Source: Dehalococcoidia bacterium
GTDB taxonomy: Bacteria > Chloroflexota > Dehalococcoidia > Lucifugimonadales > JAGWBF01
Assembly: GCA_963663025.1 (NCBI GenBank)
Contig: OY760073.1
Coordinates: 1,523,111 to 1,587,110 of the forward strand
Direction of reading: 5' to 3'
Length of the DNA: 64,000 bases
Shown here piece after piece: positions 1 to 10,987 of the stretch. Under the pieces are notes generated by a model. The model was not told the origin of the DNA. It searched no databases and was given only the letters and a program-made list of their open reading frames with translations. Numbering within the stretch: position 1 is the stretch's first letter; every line of letters begins with the position of its first letter. Position numbers and translations under genes: made by a program.

Positions 1-684
1 ATGAATACGCAGTAGGGATGAGCTTGCGGGAAAACGCCCGACAGAGTGCGAGCAATGACGGTGAAGCATTCGGTGTAGTTCAGGTACCCAGCCGGGCCGG
101 CCTGGGTGACCAGTATCCCTCCGGGATTCAGCTTTGCCTTGGCTTGGCGATAGAACTCCTCGGTGTAGAGGAGGTAGGCAGGGCCGCCCTCGGTTGGGTC
201 CACCAAGTCCAGGATGATCACATCGAAGCGATCGTTGCAGTTGGCAAGGAACTTGCGGGCATCCTCGTGTCGGAGGTCCAGCTTGGGACTCTTGAACGCG
301 CCAGCGTTGTGGTCGGGAAGATGGACTCCGCACATCTGAACCACTTCCGGATCCAGGTCCAGCATGGTGACCTTTTCCCACCTCGGGGTACCTCAGTACC
401 TCCCTCAGCGTGGCGCCTTCGCCGCCACCGCCGACAAATACCGACCGGGGAGACTGGTGGAGGAGCATAGCCGGATGCACCAGGCTATCGTGGTAGATGT
501 GCTCGTCGGCTTCGGTGGACTGGGTCTTGCCATCCAGAACGAGACACCGACCAAAGGTGTCGGTGTCCATAATGTCAACGGTTTGGTATCCGGTGCGGCC
601 CGTATGAAGGATGTCCTTGATACGGTAAACGATCATCATGTCGGGGGTGACTAGCTCAAAGTGCCATTTGCCCGGGATTTCCAT
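1..684 (-). CDS. speE: Polyamine aminopropyltransferase (spermidine synthase), 3' end outside window
   Basis: Manual minus-strand translation from ATG 684: MEIPGKWHFELVTPD...TGYQTVDIMDTDTFGRCLVLDGKTQSTEADEHIYHDSLVHPAM...VFVGGGGEGATLREVL. Missing from the ORF track because it runs off the window; lies directly downstream of speD. Confidence 0.93.
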   Translation of the reverse strand, partial: MEIPGKWHFELVTPDMMIVYRIKDILHTGRTGYQTVDIMDTDTFGRCLVLDGKTQSTEADEHIYHDSLVHPAMLLHQSPRSVFVGGGGEGATLREVLRYPEVGKGHHAGPGSGSGSDVRSPSSRPQRWRVQESQAGPPTRGCPQVPCQLQRSLRCDHPGLGGPNRGRPCLPPLHRGVLSPSQGKAESRRDTGHPGRPGWVPELHRMLHRHCSHSVGRFPASSSLLRIH

Positions 685-704
685 GCTGGGGTTATCTGGC
701 GGCC

Positions 705-1073
705 TTAGGCGGCGGCCGCAATCTCAGTGAGGATTCCCCGGCGATATTCGGTCAGCAGCGGGTCCCGGCATTCCAGCTTGTCGATGAGGATCCGGGCAGC
801 CTTAGAAGCGTCGAAGGATTCCCCGCAGGTGAACACATCGGCGGCCGCATAGCCGTACTCGGGCCATGTATGTATGCAGAGGTGAGATTCGGAGATGGCC
901 AGGATACCTGTAACACCTTGGGGGTTGAACTGATGGAAGGACTCGCCGATTATGGTGGCCCCTGCAGCATCGGCTGCCTGGGTCATTGCCTCCCGGATGT
1001 AGGGAAGGTCATCCAGAAGGCTGGGGTTGCATTCCTTGAGTTCAACCATCACGTGAATTCCGAGTACATTCAA
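705..1073 (-). CDS. speD: S-adenosylmethionine decarboxylase proenzyme
   Basis: HQFNPQGVTGILAISESHLCIHTWPE...DVFTCG with the ESH self-cleavage motif; next to speE. Confidence 0.95.
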   Translation of the reverse strand: MNVLGIHVMVELKECNPSLLDDLPYIREAMTQAADAAGATIIGESFHQFNPQGVTGILAISESHLCIHTWPEYGYAAADVFTCGESFDASKAARILIDKLECRDPLLTEYRRGILTEIAAAA

Positions 1074-1148
1074 TCACCTGCCCCCCTTTATGATTTTGGC
1101 GTGCAAAGCGAAATTCTACCCGCAATTGACCTTCTGCGCAATACCTGC

Positions 1149-2099
1149 CTACAACTCGGACAGGAAACCCAGGTCGACGTGGGACTTGAGCAGCTCCCGG
1201 AAGCGCCGAGTCTTGTCAGGGTGATGGACCGGTGCGGCCAGCAGGAGTTCGTCCAGCAGCTCGGCGCAAGCTATCGTCTCGTTGGCCATCACCAGGAGGG
1301 GAACATCCCGTTCCTCGGCTTCGTGATACACGTACTGGTTCGGTTCGAAGCCGCCGGTGAGCAGCAAGCAGGCGGTCTCCGTGTGGAGACACGCCAAGTG
1401 AATGTCCGGGCGGTCCCCCCTGACCAGCACCCCTTTGTTTGGGTGCCGCCCATAGTATGTGTCCCCTCCGTCCATGATGTTCCCGCCGATGAGGAAGTTC
1501 TCTATCAGGGCCCCAGCCTTCTCCTCACCCAGCACCCAGGCGCCGTTCAAGCCCTGGGCTACGTCCCCCACCGACACCGATGCCATGACCCGGTCGGAAG
1601 GAATGGCGCCCAGCAGCCCCTCCTGGCTTAGCTCCTCGGAATGCTGGCTAAGCCTGTAGGGGGGCGCCATGTTCAGGAGTACGCCTGCCAGGTGCTCCCT
1701 TAGAGGCGCCCCGCCGGGTAGGCCCGGATGACCCGCCGCCGTGCTGGAATACCCTCGGACGTACAGCACTTTGCAGTCGAGCCTGCGCACGATGTCCTCA
1801 ACCCGGGCCGCCGGGTCTCCTTCCACGGGAGACAGGGCCGGGCCCTCAAGCACGACGAGGTATCCCGCGGCGGACAGCTCCTGGGCGAGGGCCAGCGTGC
1901 CGTCCAAGCCCATATCCCCCGAGGCATCCCCGCCTAGGACATGGTCGTTCATATAGGTTACGTCGGGATCGGGCTGGGCGGGGAAGAGCTTCAGGTACGC
2001 AGCCTTCCCGTCGCCATCCAGCACCTCCGACACAAGGGCGGCCGCCGTGGCTGTCTTTCCCACACGGGGTCTATCGGAGGCTATCAGCAGGAGCGGCAA
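1149..2099 (-). CDS. BioD-like/DRTGG-domain protein (phosphotransacetylase N-terminal-like)
   Basis: N-terminal P-loop VGKT, and VRGDRPDI...LLLTGG (DRTGG motif). Confidence 0.8.
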   Translation of the reverse strand: MPLLLIASDRPRVGKTATAAALVSEVLDGDGKAAYLKLFPAQPDPDVTYMNDHVLGGDASGDMGLDGTLALAQELSAAGYLVVLEGPALSPVEGDPAARVEDIVRRLDCKVLYVRGYSSTAAGHPGLPGGAPLREHLAGVLLNMAPPYRLSQHSEELSQEGLLGAIPSDRVMASVSVGDVAQGLNGAWVLGEEKAGALIENFLIGGNIMDGGDTYYGRHPNKGVLVRGDRPDIHLACLHTETACLLLTGGFEPNQYVYHEAEERDVPLLVMANETIACAELLDELLLAAPVHHPDKTRRFRELLKSHVDLGFLSEL

Positions 2100-2146
2100 C
2101 TAGGACACCTCGTCGGCGGCGAAACTCTGCATCGGTGGCGCGTTCA

Positions 2147-3643
2147 CTAGATGAACTTGGCTTGGGCCCGCGCCCCGGCATAGTCTATGTACACAGATAT
2201 CACTTCGCTGAAGAAGTTCACCGCTTCAGTCCCCTGCTCACGGGTGCCGGCGCCGGAAGCCTTCAGCCCTCCAAAGGGCAGGTGGACCTCGCCACCCAGG
2301 GTCGGGGCGTTCACGTGCACGATTCCGGCCTCCACCTGCTCCACGTATCGGAGGGCCTGGGTTATGTCCTTAGTGTAGATGGAGGATGACAGCCCGAACT
2401 GCACGTTGTTGGCGATGTCGATGGCTTCGTCCAGGTCCCTGGCTTCGAACACTGTCAGCACAGGGCCGAATATCTCCTCCTGGGCTATGCGCATGGAGGG
2501 CTTGACGTCGGTGAATATGGTCGGCTCCACGTAGTAGCCTTCGTCGTAGTCCCCGCCCCTGACGGCATGGCCTCCGTAAGCGAGCTTGGCCCCCTCCTCG
2601 GTCCCGACGCCGATGTACTCCAGCACCTTGTCAAACTGGTACTGGCTGGACAGGGGGCTGACATCCACGCTCCGGTCCATGCCGTCCCCGATCTTCAGGG
2701 CGCTGGTACGGCTGATCAGCTCGTCCATGAAGGGCTGAAAGACCGAGCTTTCCACTATAACCCGGCTGGTGGCCGTGCACCTCTGGCCCGTGGAGCCAAA
2801 GGCGCCCTGCACCACACCGCCCAGAGTCTTGTCCATGTCGGCGTCGGCCAGGACGATGACGGCGTTCTTGCCCCCCATCTCGCACTGTACCTTCTTCAAG
2901 CCCTTGGCGCCCTCGGTGTAGATGTTGGAGCCGATGTCCGTCGAGCCGGTGAAGGAGATGCCCTTGACCAAGGGATGGGACACCAGGGTGTTGCCCACCG
3001 AGGCGCCCGGCCCGGTGATGAGGTTCAGGACGCCAGGGGGCAGCTCGGCATCTTCGAACACCTTCACCAGCATAGAGGCGGACATGGGCGTGGACGACGC
3101 GGGCTTGAACACCAGGGTGTTCCCGCATATGAGGGCCGGCGCCATCTTCCACGCGGGGATGGCTATGGGAAAGTTCCAGGGAGTGATTATGCCCACTACC
3201 CCCAGAGGCCTACGGGTTGTATAGGCCACCGTGTCGGGTATCTCCGACGGCGTTGTGTACCCGAAGAGGCGGCGACCCTCGCCGGCCGAATACTCGGTGA
3301 TGTTCATCGCCCGGCGCACCTCGCCCAGGGCATCGCCGATGGGTTTGCCCTCCTCCAGGGTGATCGCCCTGGCGATGTCGTCGGCCCTCTCGCGCATGAT
3401 CTCCAGGGCCTTGTACAGTATGCCCGCCCTTTGGGGAGCCGGCATACCTGCCCATGCAGGCAGGGCGCGATTGGCGGCTTCGACAGCCCGCTCGGCATCT
3501 TCAGGGATGGAGGCCTGGAAGGAAGCCAGCACCTGGTCCTTATGAGCGGGATTGGCGATGGTGTAGGTCCGGCCTGAAGCTGAGTCCACCCAGCTTCCGT
3601 CGATGTAGTTCTGGTAGGTGGGAACTTCAGCAGATGTTGTCAT
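2147..3643 (-). CDS. NAD(P)-dependent aldehyde dehydrogenase (alpha-ketoglutaric semialdehyde DH-like)
   Basis: ITPWNFP, FTGS, EMGGKN, GQRCTA, EEIFGP and PFGG motifs. Confidence 0.92.
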   Translation of the reverse strand: MTTSAEVPTYQNYIDGSWVDSASGRTYTIANPAHKDQVLASFQASIPEDAERAVEAANRALPAWAGMPAPQRAGILYKALEIMRERADDIARAITLEEGKPIGDALGEVRRAMNITEYSAGEGRRLFGYTTPSEIPDTVAYTTRRPLGVVGIITPWNFPIAIPAWKMAPALICGNTLVFKPASSTPMSASMLVKVFEDAELPPGVLNLITGPGASVGNTLVSHPLVKGISFTGSTDIGSNIYTEGAKGLKKVQCEMGGKNAVIVLADADMDKTLGGVVQGAFGSTGQRCTATSRVIVESSVFQPFMDELISRTSALKIGDGMDRSVDVSPLSSQYQFDKVLEYIGVGTEEGAKLAYGGHAVRGGDYDEGYYVEPTIFTDVKPSMRIAQEEIFGPVLTVFEARDLDEAIDIANNVQFGLSSSIYTKDITQALRYVEQVEAGIVHVNAPTLGGEVHLPFGGLKASGAGTREQGTEAVNFFSEVISVYIDYAGARAQAKFI

Positions 3644-3760
3644 GGATTCGCTTCCTGCTCCTATGTAATCCGGTCGCCAGCCCTAAAAGATCTGCGTGTT
3701 GCACGCAGGCCGCTACCATCCTGGTGGGGAGACGAGAGAATTGTGTCCCCCGCCTGCGCT

Positions 3761-4540
3761 CTAAGCGGCTGCTGCCACCCGGGACATGTGCTTCTGGAAC
3801 CAGTCCAGGGTGCGGGCAAAGGCATCCTCGGCGGCATCCCTGCGGTAGCTCTCCCTTTCGTCGCAGTAGAACCCGTGGCCGGCCCCGTTATACGTTTTGA
3901 AGTCGTACACCTTGCCATGCTTCTGAAGCTCGGCTTCGATCTTGCTTACATCTTCGGGGCTGGGGTTCTGGTCCTCCTCGCCGAAGTTGCCCATGACCGG
4001 GCAGGCGATATTGGCAGTCCGCTCGAAAGCCGATGGGCCGTCGCCCCGGGCACGCATGATGTTCCCGCCGTAGAACATGGACCCTGCCTTGATGCCGGGA
4101 CATGATGAGGCGGCCAGGTAAACCACATAACCGCCGAAGCAGAAGCCCACGATGCCGATGTTCTCGCTATCGACGCGAGGATGCCTCTTGAGCCAGTCGA
4201 TGGTGGTGTTGATGTCCTGCACGATGCAATCGTTGGTCACCTGCTCCCTGGCCTTGTTGCGTTCGGGCACATCCTCTTCACCGTACCCGAAGGTGGGGTT
4301 GGTGCCTCGCACCGCTTCGCTTGTGTTGTAGCGATGGAACATCGCCGGCGCCACCGCGAAGTAGCCCTCGGATGCAAATCGGTCGGCTATACCTTGTATA
4401 TGGGAGCTGACGCCGAATATCTCCTGGACCACTATCACTGCCGGGCGCGCGCCCGGCGCATCGGGCTGGCTGACGTAGGTGTGCATGTCATCCAGTTGCT
4501 CTCCTGATTCTATCCTCAGGATCTCCCAGAAGGATGCCAT
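3761..4540 (-). CDS. Dienelactone hydrolase family protein
   Basis: QEIFGV, GFCFGG nucleophile elbow, AGHGF; ATG 4540 preceded by a GAGGAG RBS. Confidence 0.9.
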   Translation of the reverse strand: MASFWEILRIESGEQLDDMHTYVSQPDAPGARPAVIVVQEIFGVSSHIQGIADRFASEGYFAVAPAMFHRYNTSEAVRGTNPTFGYGEEDVPERNKAREQVTNDCIVQDINTTIDWLKRHPRVDSENIGIVGFCFGGYVVYLAASSCPGIKAGSMFYGGNIMRARGDGPSAFERTANIACPVMGNFGEEDQNPSPEDVSKIEAELQKHGKVYDFKTYNGAGHGFYCDERESYRRDAAEDAFARTLDWFQKHMSRVAAAA

Positions 4541-4655
4541 AGCTGCTCCTCTCACTACGCAGTTTTGGGGAGTCGGCAGGCTCTCTTGGATCGAGACTTA
4601 CCCCGCCCGGTTTGGGACCGATTGTAGCAGAGGGGATTCGGGCAAACAACCTGGG

Positions 4656-6509
4656 CTAGCTGGACTCCAGCTTCAGCAGCGCCATGAATGCTTCTTGGGG
4701 AAGCTCCACTTTCCCCACGCGCTTGAGACGCTTCTTGCCCTCTTTCTGTTTCTCCAGCAGCTTGCGCTTGCGGGTTACGTCGCCCCCGTAGCACTTGGCC
4801 AGCACATCTTTGCGAAGGGGCCTCACCGTTTCCCGGGCTATAATTCGGCTGCCGATGGCGGCCTGGATGGGTACGGCGAATAGCTGTCGAGGAATCGCCT
4901 CACGGAGCTTCTCAGCCAGGGTCCTGCCGTAGGCGTAGGCCTTGTCCTTGTGGACAATTAGGGAGAGCTCATCGACAGCCTCCTGGTTCAAGAGGATGTC
5001 CAGCTTCACCAGCGGCCCAGCCCGGTAGCCGTCGAAAACGTAGTCCAAGGAGGCGTAGCCCTGGGTGCGGGACTTGAGCTGGTTGTAGAACTCGGCCAGC
5101 ATCTCGGCCAGGGGCATCCGGTACTCCAGCATCACGCGGGATCCCTTGTCCCGCTCTTCGTCCGCATCCTGGGTCTCCCCTTGGGAACCTTCGCCCTGGA
5201 TGTATTCCATCCTGCGGAACTCTCCGCGGCGGGTGGCCATCAGCTCCATTATGGCGCCGATGTACGTTCCGGGAGTCAGGATGGTGATGGCCAGCCAGGG
5301 CTCCTGAATTTCCCTGATCTGCGCCACCGGGGGAAGCTTGGAAGGAGTTTCGACCTCAATGATGCTATCGTCGGTCATGTGGACCTTGTAGGCAACGCTG
5401 GGGGCGGTGGCTACGATGTCCAGCCCGTACTCCCTTTCCAGCCTCTCCTGGACAATGTCCATGTGAAGCAGCCCCAGGAACCCGCACCTCAGACCAAATC
5501 CCAGGGCGACGCTGTTTTCAGGCTCGAAGGTAAGGGCGGCATCGTTGAGCTGAAGCTTCTCCAAGGCTGTGCGCAGGGCCCTGTACTCCTGGCCTTCGGC
5601 GGGGTACAGCCCGGAGAAGACCATCGGTTTCAGGGGGACGTACCCGGGCATCGGTTCCGAGGCCTGTCGGTCCTCCAGGGTGAACGTCTCGCCCACGCTG
5701 CACTCCCGTACATCCTTCAGGCCCGTTGCGATGTACCCCACTTGCCCGGCTTCCAGGGCATCCCGGCGCACAGGGTGGGGGGCGAAGACGCCCACCTCCA
5801 TCGCTTCCGTCTCTTTGTCGGTGGACATCAGGAGCATCCGGTCGTTCCTGGAAACCGATCCTTCGAAAAGCCTGACGTAGGCAACGATGCCCTTGTATGG
5901 GTTGTAAACGGAGTCGAATACCAGGGCCCGCAGGGGCTGGTCGGAGCGTCCTTGGGGATGGGGTACCCGGTCCACCACAGCCTGGAGGATATCGCTTACG
6001 CCCTTCCCGTCTTTAGCCGAAGCGAACAGGATCTCATCAGGGGAAAAGCCGAACACCTGGGTCAGCTCTCCGGCAACCTTCTCGGGCTCTGCCTGTGGTA
6101 GATCGATCTTGTTGACCACCGGCAGCAGGACAAGGTCGGCTTCCATGGCCAGGAAGGAGTTGGCGATGGTCTGCGCCTCTATGCCCTGGCTGGCATCCAC
6201 GACCAGTATGGCGCCCTCGCATGCAGCCAGGGAGCGGGAGACCTCGTAGCTGAAATCCACATGTCCCGGGGTATCAATGAGGTTGAGCTGGTACTCTTCC
6301 CCGTCCCTGCTCTTGAAGGGCATGGACACCGCTTTGCCCTTGATGGTGATGCCCCTCTCCCGCTCCAGGTCCATCTGGTCGAGAAATTGGGCCTTCATCT
6401 CCTGGGAAGAAACGGTGCCCGTCTGTTCGAGGAAACGGTCAGCCAGGGTGGACTTGCCGTGGTCGATGTGGGCAATGATGCAAAAATTGCGTATGTGCTC
6501 TGGGTCCAT
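4656..6509 (-). CDS. lepA: Translation elongation factor 4
   Basis: [31 protein letters not shown], and C-terminal [23 protein letters not shown]. Confidence 0.98.
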   Translation of the reverse strand: MDPEHIRNFCIIAHIDHGKSTLADRFLEQTGTVSSQEMKAQFLDQMDLERERGITIKGKAVSMPFKSRDGEEYQLNLIDTPGHVDFSYEVSRSLAACEGAILVVDASQGIEAQTIANSFLAMEADLVLLPVVNKIDLPQAEPEKVAGELTQVFGFSPDEILFASAKDGKGVSDILQAVVDRVPHPQGRSDQPLRALVFDSVYNPYKGIVAYVRLFEGSVSRNDRMLLMSTDKETEAMEVGVFAPHPVRRDALEAGQVGYIATGLKDVRECSVGETFTLEDRQASEPMPGYVPLKPMVFSGLYPAEGQEYRALRTALEKLQLNDAALTFEPENSVALGFGLRCGFLGLLHMDIVQERLEREYGLDIVATAPSVAYKVHMTDDSIIEVETPSKLPPVAQIREIQEPWLAITILTPGTYIGAIMELMATRRGEFRRMEYIQGEGSQGETQDADEERDKGSRVMLEYRMPLAEMLAEFYNQLKSRTQGYASLDYVFDGYRAGPLVKLDILLNQEAVDELSLIVHKDKAYAYGRTLAEKLREAIPRQLFAVPIQAAIGSRIIARETVRPLRKDVLAKCYGGDVTRKRKLLEKQKEGKKRLKRVGKVELPQEAFMALLKLESS

Positions 6510-6580
6510 CAGCAAGCACGCGGCAATGGGGAATTCGGGAGGATGCTGTTGCCTGTCAGTTAATCATCCTCCCACAGCGA

Positions 6581-7624
6581 TTACGCCAACTGGTAAGAGG
6601 GGGTACCGTAACCGGGTACATTGATGCACGAGACCCAGTGGCCGGGCTTGACCTCCCGCACCTCGGGCATCTCCTCCATGCACTCAGGGGACACCGACGG
6701 GCACCTGGGATGGAAGACGCAACCTGCCGGGGGGTTCAGAGGGCTGGGGACCTCGCCGGATAGGAGAATCCTCTCTCGCTGGGCATCGATGATCGGGTCG
6801 GGTATGGGCACTGCGGAAAGCAGGGCCTTGGTGTAAGGGTGAAGAGGGTCTGCGTAGATATCATTGCGGTCGGCGATCTCCACGATGTGGCCCAGGTACA
6901 TTACAGCGACGCGGTCGCTAATGTGACGCACCACCGACAGGTCGTGAGCGATGAACAGGTAGGTCAGAGAGAACTGCTCTTGCAGGTCTTCCAGCAGGTT
7001 GATGACCTGGGCTTGGATGGACACGTCCAGGGCCGACACAGGCTCGTCGCAGACCATGAACTCCGGGTTGACAGCGAGGGCCCTTGCGACGCCGATCCTC
7101 TGGCGCTGACCACCACTGAACTCGTGGGGGAATCGGTCTGCCATGTACCGGTTCAGACCGACGATATCAAGGAGCTCGCCCACCCGTTCCTTGTACTCCG
7201 CCTTGCTCTTAGCCAAGCCATGAACGACCAGAGGTTCTCCGATGATGGACCCGGCTGTCATCCTGGGGTTTAGGGAGCTGTAGGGGTCCTGGAATATGAT
7301 CTGCATCTGGCGCCTCATTGGGCGCATGTTCCGATTGTTCAAGGTGCAAAGATCAACGCCATGGAACATAATCTTGCCCGCAGTGGGCTTGTACAACTGG
7401 AGAACGCAGCGGCCTGTGGTGGTCTTGCCGCATCCGCTCTCGCCCACCAGCCCCAGGGTCTCACCCTTCTTGACAAAGAAGCTGACATCATCCACAGCCT
7501 TGATGTCGGCCACTGCTCTCTGGAAGAAGATGCCGGCCGTTACCGGGAAGTACATCTTCAGGTTCTGGACTTCAAGCAGGAAGTCTTGCTGGGACCCATT
7601 CCCGTTTTGCTGAAGCTGGGTCAT
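6581..7624 (-). CDS. oppF: Oligopeptide/dipeptide ABC transporter ATP-binding subunit (OppF/DppF-like)
   Basis: [33 protein letters not shown], and C-terminal Cys cluster (GCVFHPRC). Confidence 0.88.
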   Translation of the reverse strand: MTQLQQNGNGSQQDFLLEVQNLKMYFPVTAGIFFQRAVADIKAVDDVSFFVKKGETLGLVGESGCGKTTTGRCVLQLYKPTAGKIMFHGVDLCTLNNRNMRPMRRQMQIIFQDPYSSLNPRMTAGSIIGEPLVVHGLAKSKAEYKERVGELLDIVGLNRYMADRFPHEFSGGQRQRIGVARALAVNPEFMVCDEPVSALDVSIQAQVINLLEDLQEQFSLTYLFIAHDLSVVRHISDRVAVMYLGHIVEIADRNDIYADPLHPYTKALLSAVPIPDPIIDAQRERILLSGEVPSPLNPPAGCVFHPRCPSVSPECMEEMPEVREVKPGHWVSCINVPGYGTPSYQLA

Positions 7625-7636
7625 CAGTTGCTCTCC

Positions 7637-8623
7637 TTAGGATGCTGGGGCCAGTTGCTTGGATACGTAGCAGGCTGACGAGTGGCCGTCGGCGATGTGC
7701 TCCAGAGGGGGAGTGTCCTCGGCACACTGATCGATGGCATACCTGCATCGTTCTCGGAAAGAGCACCCCAGGGGGATGTTCACCAGGTCCGGAGGCTGTC
7801 CCTCGATGGGATCCAGCTTTTCGGTCCTCGGCAAGTCGAGCCTGGGGACCGAGTTCAACAACCCCAGGGTGTAGGGATGGCGGGGGTCCCGGTAGATTTC
7901 CTGGGCGTTGCCCCTTTCTATGATCTTGCCCGCATACATGATGTTTACCCTGTCAGCGTATCGGGCAACCACCCCGAGGTTATGAGTAATCACGATAAGG
8001 GCTACCCCATATTCCCGGCTGAGGCCCTTCATAAGCTCCAGAATCTGGGCCTGGATAGTGACGTCCAGAGCAGTCGTGGGCTCGTCTGCGATGATCAGGC
8101 GCGGGTTGCAGCTAAGGGCCATGGCAATCATCACCCTCTGCCTCATCCCGCCGCTGAACTGGTGGGGGAACTGCTTTACCCGCCTCTCAGGGTCGGGAAT
8201 GCCGACCTGATCGAGGCGCCGGACTGCTTCCCTGCCGGCATCGGACCTGCTCATTCCCAGATGGAGCTGCAGGGTCTCCGTCAACTGCCTTTCGACGGAG
8301 AGCACCGGATTAAGAGAAGTCATGGGCTCCTGGAACACCATGGAAATCTGGTGGCCCCTGATCCTTCTCATCTGGGCGGGGCTCATCTTCAGCAGGTCTT
8401 CGCCGTTGAAGATGATCTCGCCCTCGATGATCTTTCCCGGAGGGTCCGGTATGAGGCGCATAATCGACAGGGCGCTGACGCTCTTCCCACAACCACTCTC
8501 ACCAACCAAGCCCAGGGTTTCCCCTTCTTCCAGGTCATAGGACACACCGTCCACAGCCTTGACCACTCCACCAAAGGTGAAGAAATAGGTCTTAAGGTCC
8601 CGGACCTCCAGCAAGGTTGCCAT
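7637..8623 (-). CDS. oppD: Oligopeptide/dipeptide ABC transporter ATP-binding subunit (OppD/DppD-like)
   Basis: [39 protein letters not shown]. Confidence 0.88.
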   Translation of the reverse strand: MATLLEVRDLKTYFFTFGGVVKAVDGVSYDLEEGETLGLVGESGCGKSVSALSIMRLIPDPPGKIIEGEIIFNGEDLLKMSPAQMRRIRGHQISMVFQEPMTSLNPVLSVERQLTETLQLHLGMSRSDAGREAVRRLDQVGIPDPERRVKQFPHQFSGGMRQRVMIAMALSCNPRLIIADEPTTALDVTIQAQILELMKGLSREYGVALIVITHNLGVVARYADRVNIMYAGKIIERGNAQEIYRDPRHPYTLGLLNSVPRLDLPRTEKLDPIEGQPPDLVNIPLGCSFRERCRYAIDQCAEDTPPLEHIADGHSSACYVSKQLAPAS

Positions 8624-8695
8624 AGAATGTCCTCGCACACTTCAGGATACAAGCAGGGTGGGTTGCTGTATGTTACCCGGCCTGATACCCACTCA

Positions 8696-8780
8696 TGGTG
8701 GGGAAGGGGAGACTCGAACTCCCACGCTTTTCAGCACATGATCCTAAGTCATGCTCGTCTACCAGTTCCGACACTTCCCC
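8696..8780 (-). tRNA. tRNA-Leu (anticodon UAG)
   Basis: Minus strand GGGGAAGTGTCGGAACTGGTAGACGAGCATGACTTAGGATCATG...GTTCGAGTCTCCCCTTCCCCACCA: cloverleaf with long variable arm and encoded CCA. Confidence 0.95.
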
Positions 8781-8799
8781 TTGGGGGATTCCAACAACT

Positions 8800-8875
8800 T
8801 GGTGACCCGCCTCGGGGTCGAACCGAGAACCTACGGATTAAGAGTCCGTTGCTCTGCCAGTTGAGCTAGCGGGCC
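8800..8875 (-). tRNA. tRNA-Lys (anticodon CUU)
   Basis: Minus strand GGCCCGCTAGCTCAACTGGCAGAGCAACGGACTCTTAATCCGTAGGTTCTCGGTTCGACCCCGAGGCGGGTCACCA, 76 nt. Confidence 0.95.
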
Positions 8876-8922
8876 TCAGCCCTTCCGTAAGTAGGCGCAA
8901 CTCTACTCACAAAGGCTTCCTG

Positions 8923-8951
8923 AGACTAGCAAGGCAGGTCCCGTTTGTCAA
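8923..8951 (-). promoter_or_regulatory. Sigma70-type promoter for the tRNA-Lys/tRNA-Leu pair
   Basis: TTGACA-17 nt-TAGTCT on the minus strand, about 47 nt upstream of tRNA-Lys. Confidence 0.65.
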
Positions 8952-9046
8952 CCATACCAGCCTTGTCCTCAACTAGCGTCCAAAGGCTAGGGCCCTGGGG
9001 CGCAGACGTGCCGGGCCCACATTAGCATGGAGCCTTTGGGGGGCGA

Positions 9047-9781
9047 TCAACGTCCATGTTCGAGGCGGTCAATCAAGGGAGCGGGCAGGCCAGCCTTGCG
9101 CATCTTCTCCTGGGTAGCTGCAATGTTGTATGTGACCCGGCGCCTCTCGACAGTTTCGCCCTCGGAATCGTAGATCACATAGCTGGGCCTCGGGTCTCCG
9201 TCCCTGGGCTGTCCCACTCCCCCGGGATTGATGATCATACGATTAGCCCCCAAGCCAACCCCGGTGTCCAGTGGAAAGGGGGCGAACCCTCCTCTTTCTC
9301 CCCCTTCAAGGCACAAGAAAGGTATGTGGGAATGCCCCACCAGGCAGTAGGGTGTGGTCATGCGCTGGAAGGTAGCGGCGGCCGCCTCGGCCGACATCAG
9401 GTACTCCCAGACGGGTGACCTCAGGGAGCCGTGGACCAGGGTGAACTTCCCTCTCCCGACCACAAGGGGAAGCTCCGCCAGGAAGTCCGTTTCCTCGTGG
9501 GACAACTGGGCAGCGGTCCAGTGGGCAGCATGGGCTGCGGCATAGTTGAACTCCTCGGTGTCCATCTTTCCGATGGCGGCCAGGTCATGATTGCCGGCGA
9601 TGCAGACGTAGCTGGGAAACTCCCGCACCAGCCGTATGCACTCGCCAGGGTCGGGGCCGTAGCCCACTGTATCGCCCAGACACCAAAGCTGGGCGATGTC
9701 CCCGCCCCGGGCAGCGTCTTCCAGCACCGCGGTGAGGGCTTCCAGGTTGGAGTGAATGTCCGAGACTACCAGGATGCGCAT
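9047..9781 (-). CDS. Calcineurin-like metallophosphoesterase
   Basis: SDIHSN, LGDTVGYG, GNHD, HGS, GHSH and NPGGVGQPRD motifs. Confidence 0.9.
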   Translation of the reverse strand: MRILVVSDIHSNLEALTAVLEDAARGGDIAQLWCLGDTVGYGPDPGECIRLVREFPSYVCIAGNHDLAAIGKMDTEEFNYAAAHAAHWTAAQLSHEETDFLAELPLVVGRGKFTLVHGSLRSPVWEYLMSAEAAAATFQRMTTPYCLVGHSHIPFLCLEGGERGGFAPFPLDTGVGLGANRMIINPGGVGQPRDGDPRPSYVIYDSEGETVERRRVTYNIAATQEKMRKAGLPAPLIDRLEHGR

Positions 9782-9926
9782 AAGCCCCTTTACGTTGCCG
9801 GCTGGCTAACCCGTGCCTGACCTGCATTATATACGCAGGCCCCATTCCGAACGACCCTGGGACGAAGGGGCCACCGGGCCCCGCCCTCCTTGAGACAGGG
9901 ACTGGCACCAGATATAATCCCAGGCG

Positions 9927-10985
9927 ATGAAGGTGAGCGAACTTGGCGAGTTCGGTCTGATCAACGTGCTGAACGAGGTGGTCCAAGCCTCCACGGAGGG
10001 TATGGACAACCCCTCCCCCCTTGGGTTCGAGTTGACAGCAGGCATCGGCGACGACACCGCCGTCTGGCGTTCGTCGGGCATCCACGGCCTGTACACTACG
10101 GACACCGTCGTCGAGGGCGTGCACTTCACCAGGGAGACCACACCCTGGTACGACCTGGGATGGAAGCTCATGACCGCCAATGTCAGCGACATCGCCTCCA
10201 TGGGTGGCCAGTGCCTCTACGCCTTGGTGACCCTGGGACTTCCCCCGGACACCGAAGTGGACGACCTGAGGGACCTGTACGGGGGCATGGCCGGCCTGGG
10301 GAACAAGTACGGGGTGAAGATCGCGGGGGGAGACATAGTAAGGTCTCCCGTTGTTTTCGCGACGGTTGCCCTGACCGGCGCTGCGGAAAAGCCTCCCATG
10401 CTGCGCTCCAAGGCGACTCGCGGGGACCAGGTGGCGGTGACGGGTTACGTCGGTTCATCGGCGGGCGGGCTGGAGCTGCTGCTGAGCGGCCCCTTCGACG
10501 GCGCTCAGGGTGGACGGGCCGGCATTAGTAAGGCGGCCGATATCCTGATCTCGGCCCACCGGCGCCCCGAGCCCTGCATACAGGAGGGGCGCACCCTGCT
10601 GCTGCACGGCGTCACGACAGCCATGGACGTAAGCGACGGACTGGCGGACGACCTGTCCAAGCTGTGCACCGCCAGCGGTGTTTCGGCGACCATCGAAGCT
10701 GGCGATGTCCCTATCCACCTTGCCCTGCGGGAGGTCTTCCCGGAGCGCTGCCTGGACATGGCCTTGGGGGGCGGCGAGGACTACCAGCTTGTCTTCGCCG
10801 CTGATGAGAGCCTTATGGCCGAGGTCATCCCCCTCCTTTCGCCATCGGCGGCCGTCATCGGGCGCATAGCAGCAGGGGAACCGGGCCGGGTCAGTGTGGT
10901 CGACTCCAGAAGCGGCGCCCAAAGAGAGGTAACCCCACAGGGATGGGACCATTTCAGGTCTCCATCCCCTGCCGAGGCCAAGTAG
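9927..10985 (+). CDS. thiL: Thiamine-monophosphate kinase
   Basis: GEFGLI, GIGDD, NVSDIASMGG, GGD, DVSDGL, GGEDYQL and GWDHF motifs. Confidence 0.95.
   Translation: MKVSELGEFGLINVLNEVVQASTEGMDNPSPLGFELTAGIGDDTAVWRSSGIHGLYTTDTVVEGVHFTRETTPWYDLGWKLMTANVSDIASMGGQCLYALVTLGLPPDTEVDDLRDLYGGMAGLGNKYGVKIAGGDIVRSPVVFATVALTGAAEKPPMLRSKATRGDQVAVTGYVGSSAGGLELLLSGPFDGAQGGRAGISKAADILISAHRRPEPCIQEGRTLLLHGVTTAMDVSDGLADDLSKLCTASGVSATIEAGDVPIHLALREVFPERCLDMALGGGEDYQLVFAADESLMAEVIPLLSPSAAVIGRIAAGEPGRVSVVDSRSGAQREVTPQGWDHFRSPSPAEAK
10491..10517 (+). repeat. REP-like palindromic unit inserted in frame in thiL
   Basis: CCCTTCGACGGCGCTCAGGGTGGACGG compared with the reverse complement of intergenic copy 27410-27435 (CCCTTCGAGAGCCTCAGGGTGAACGG); encodes PFDGAQGGR. 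Confidence 0.7.
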
Positions 10986-10987
10986 CG

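Noticed and set aside
8696..8875. tRNA genes as island integration sites
   Set aside because: They are flanked by housekeeping genes, and I found no duplicated tRNA 3' end or integrase in the window.
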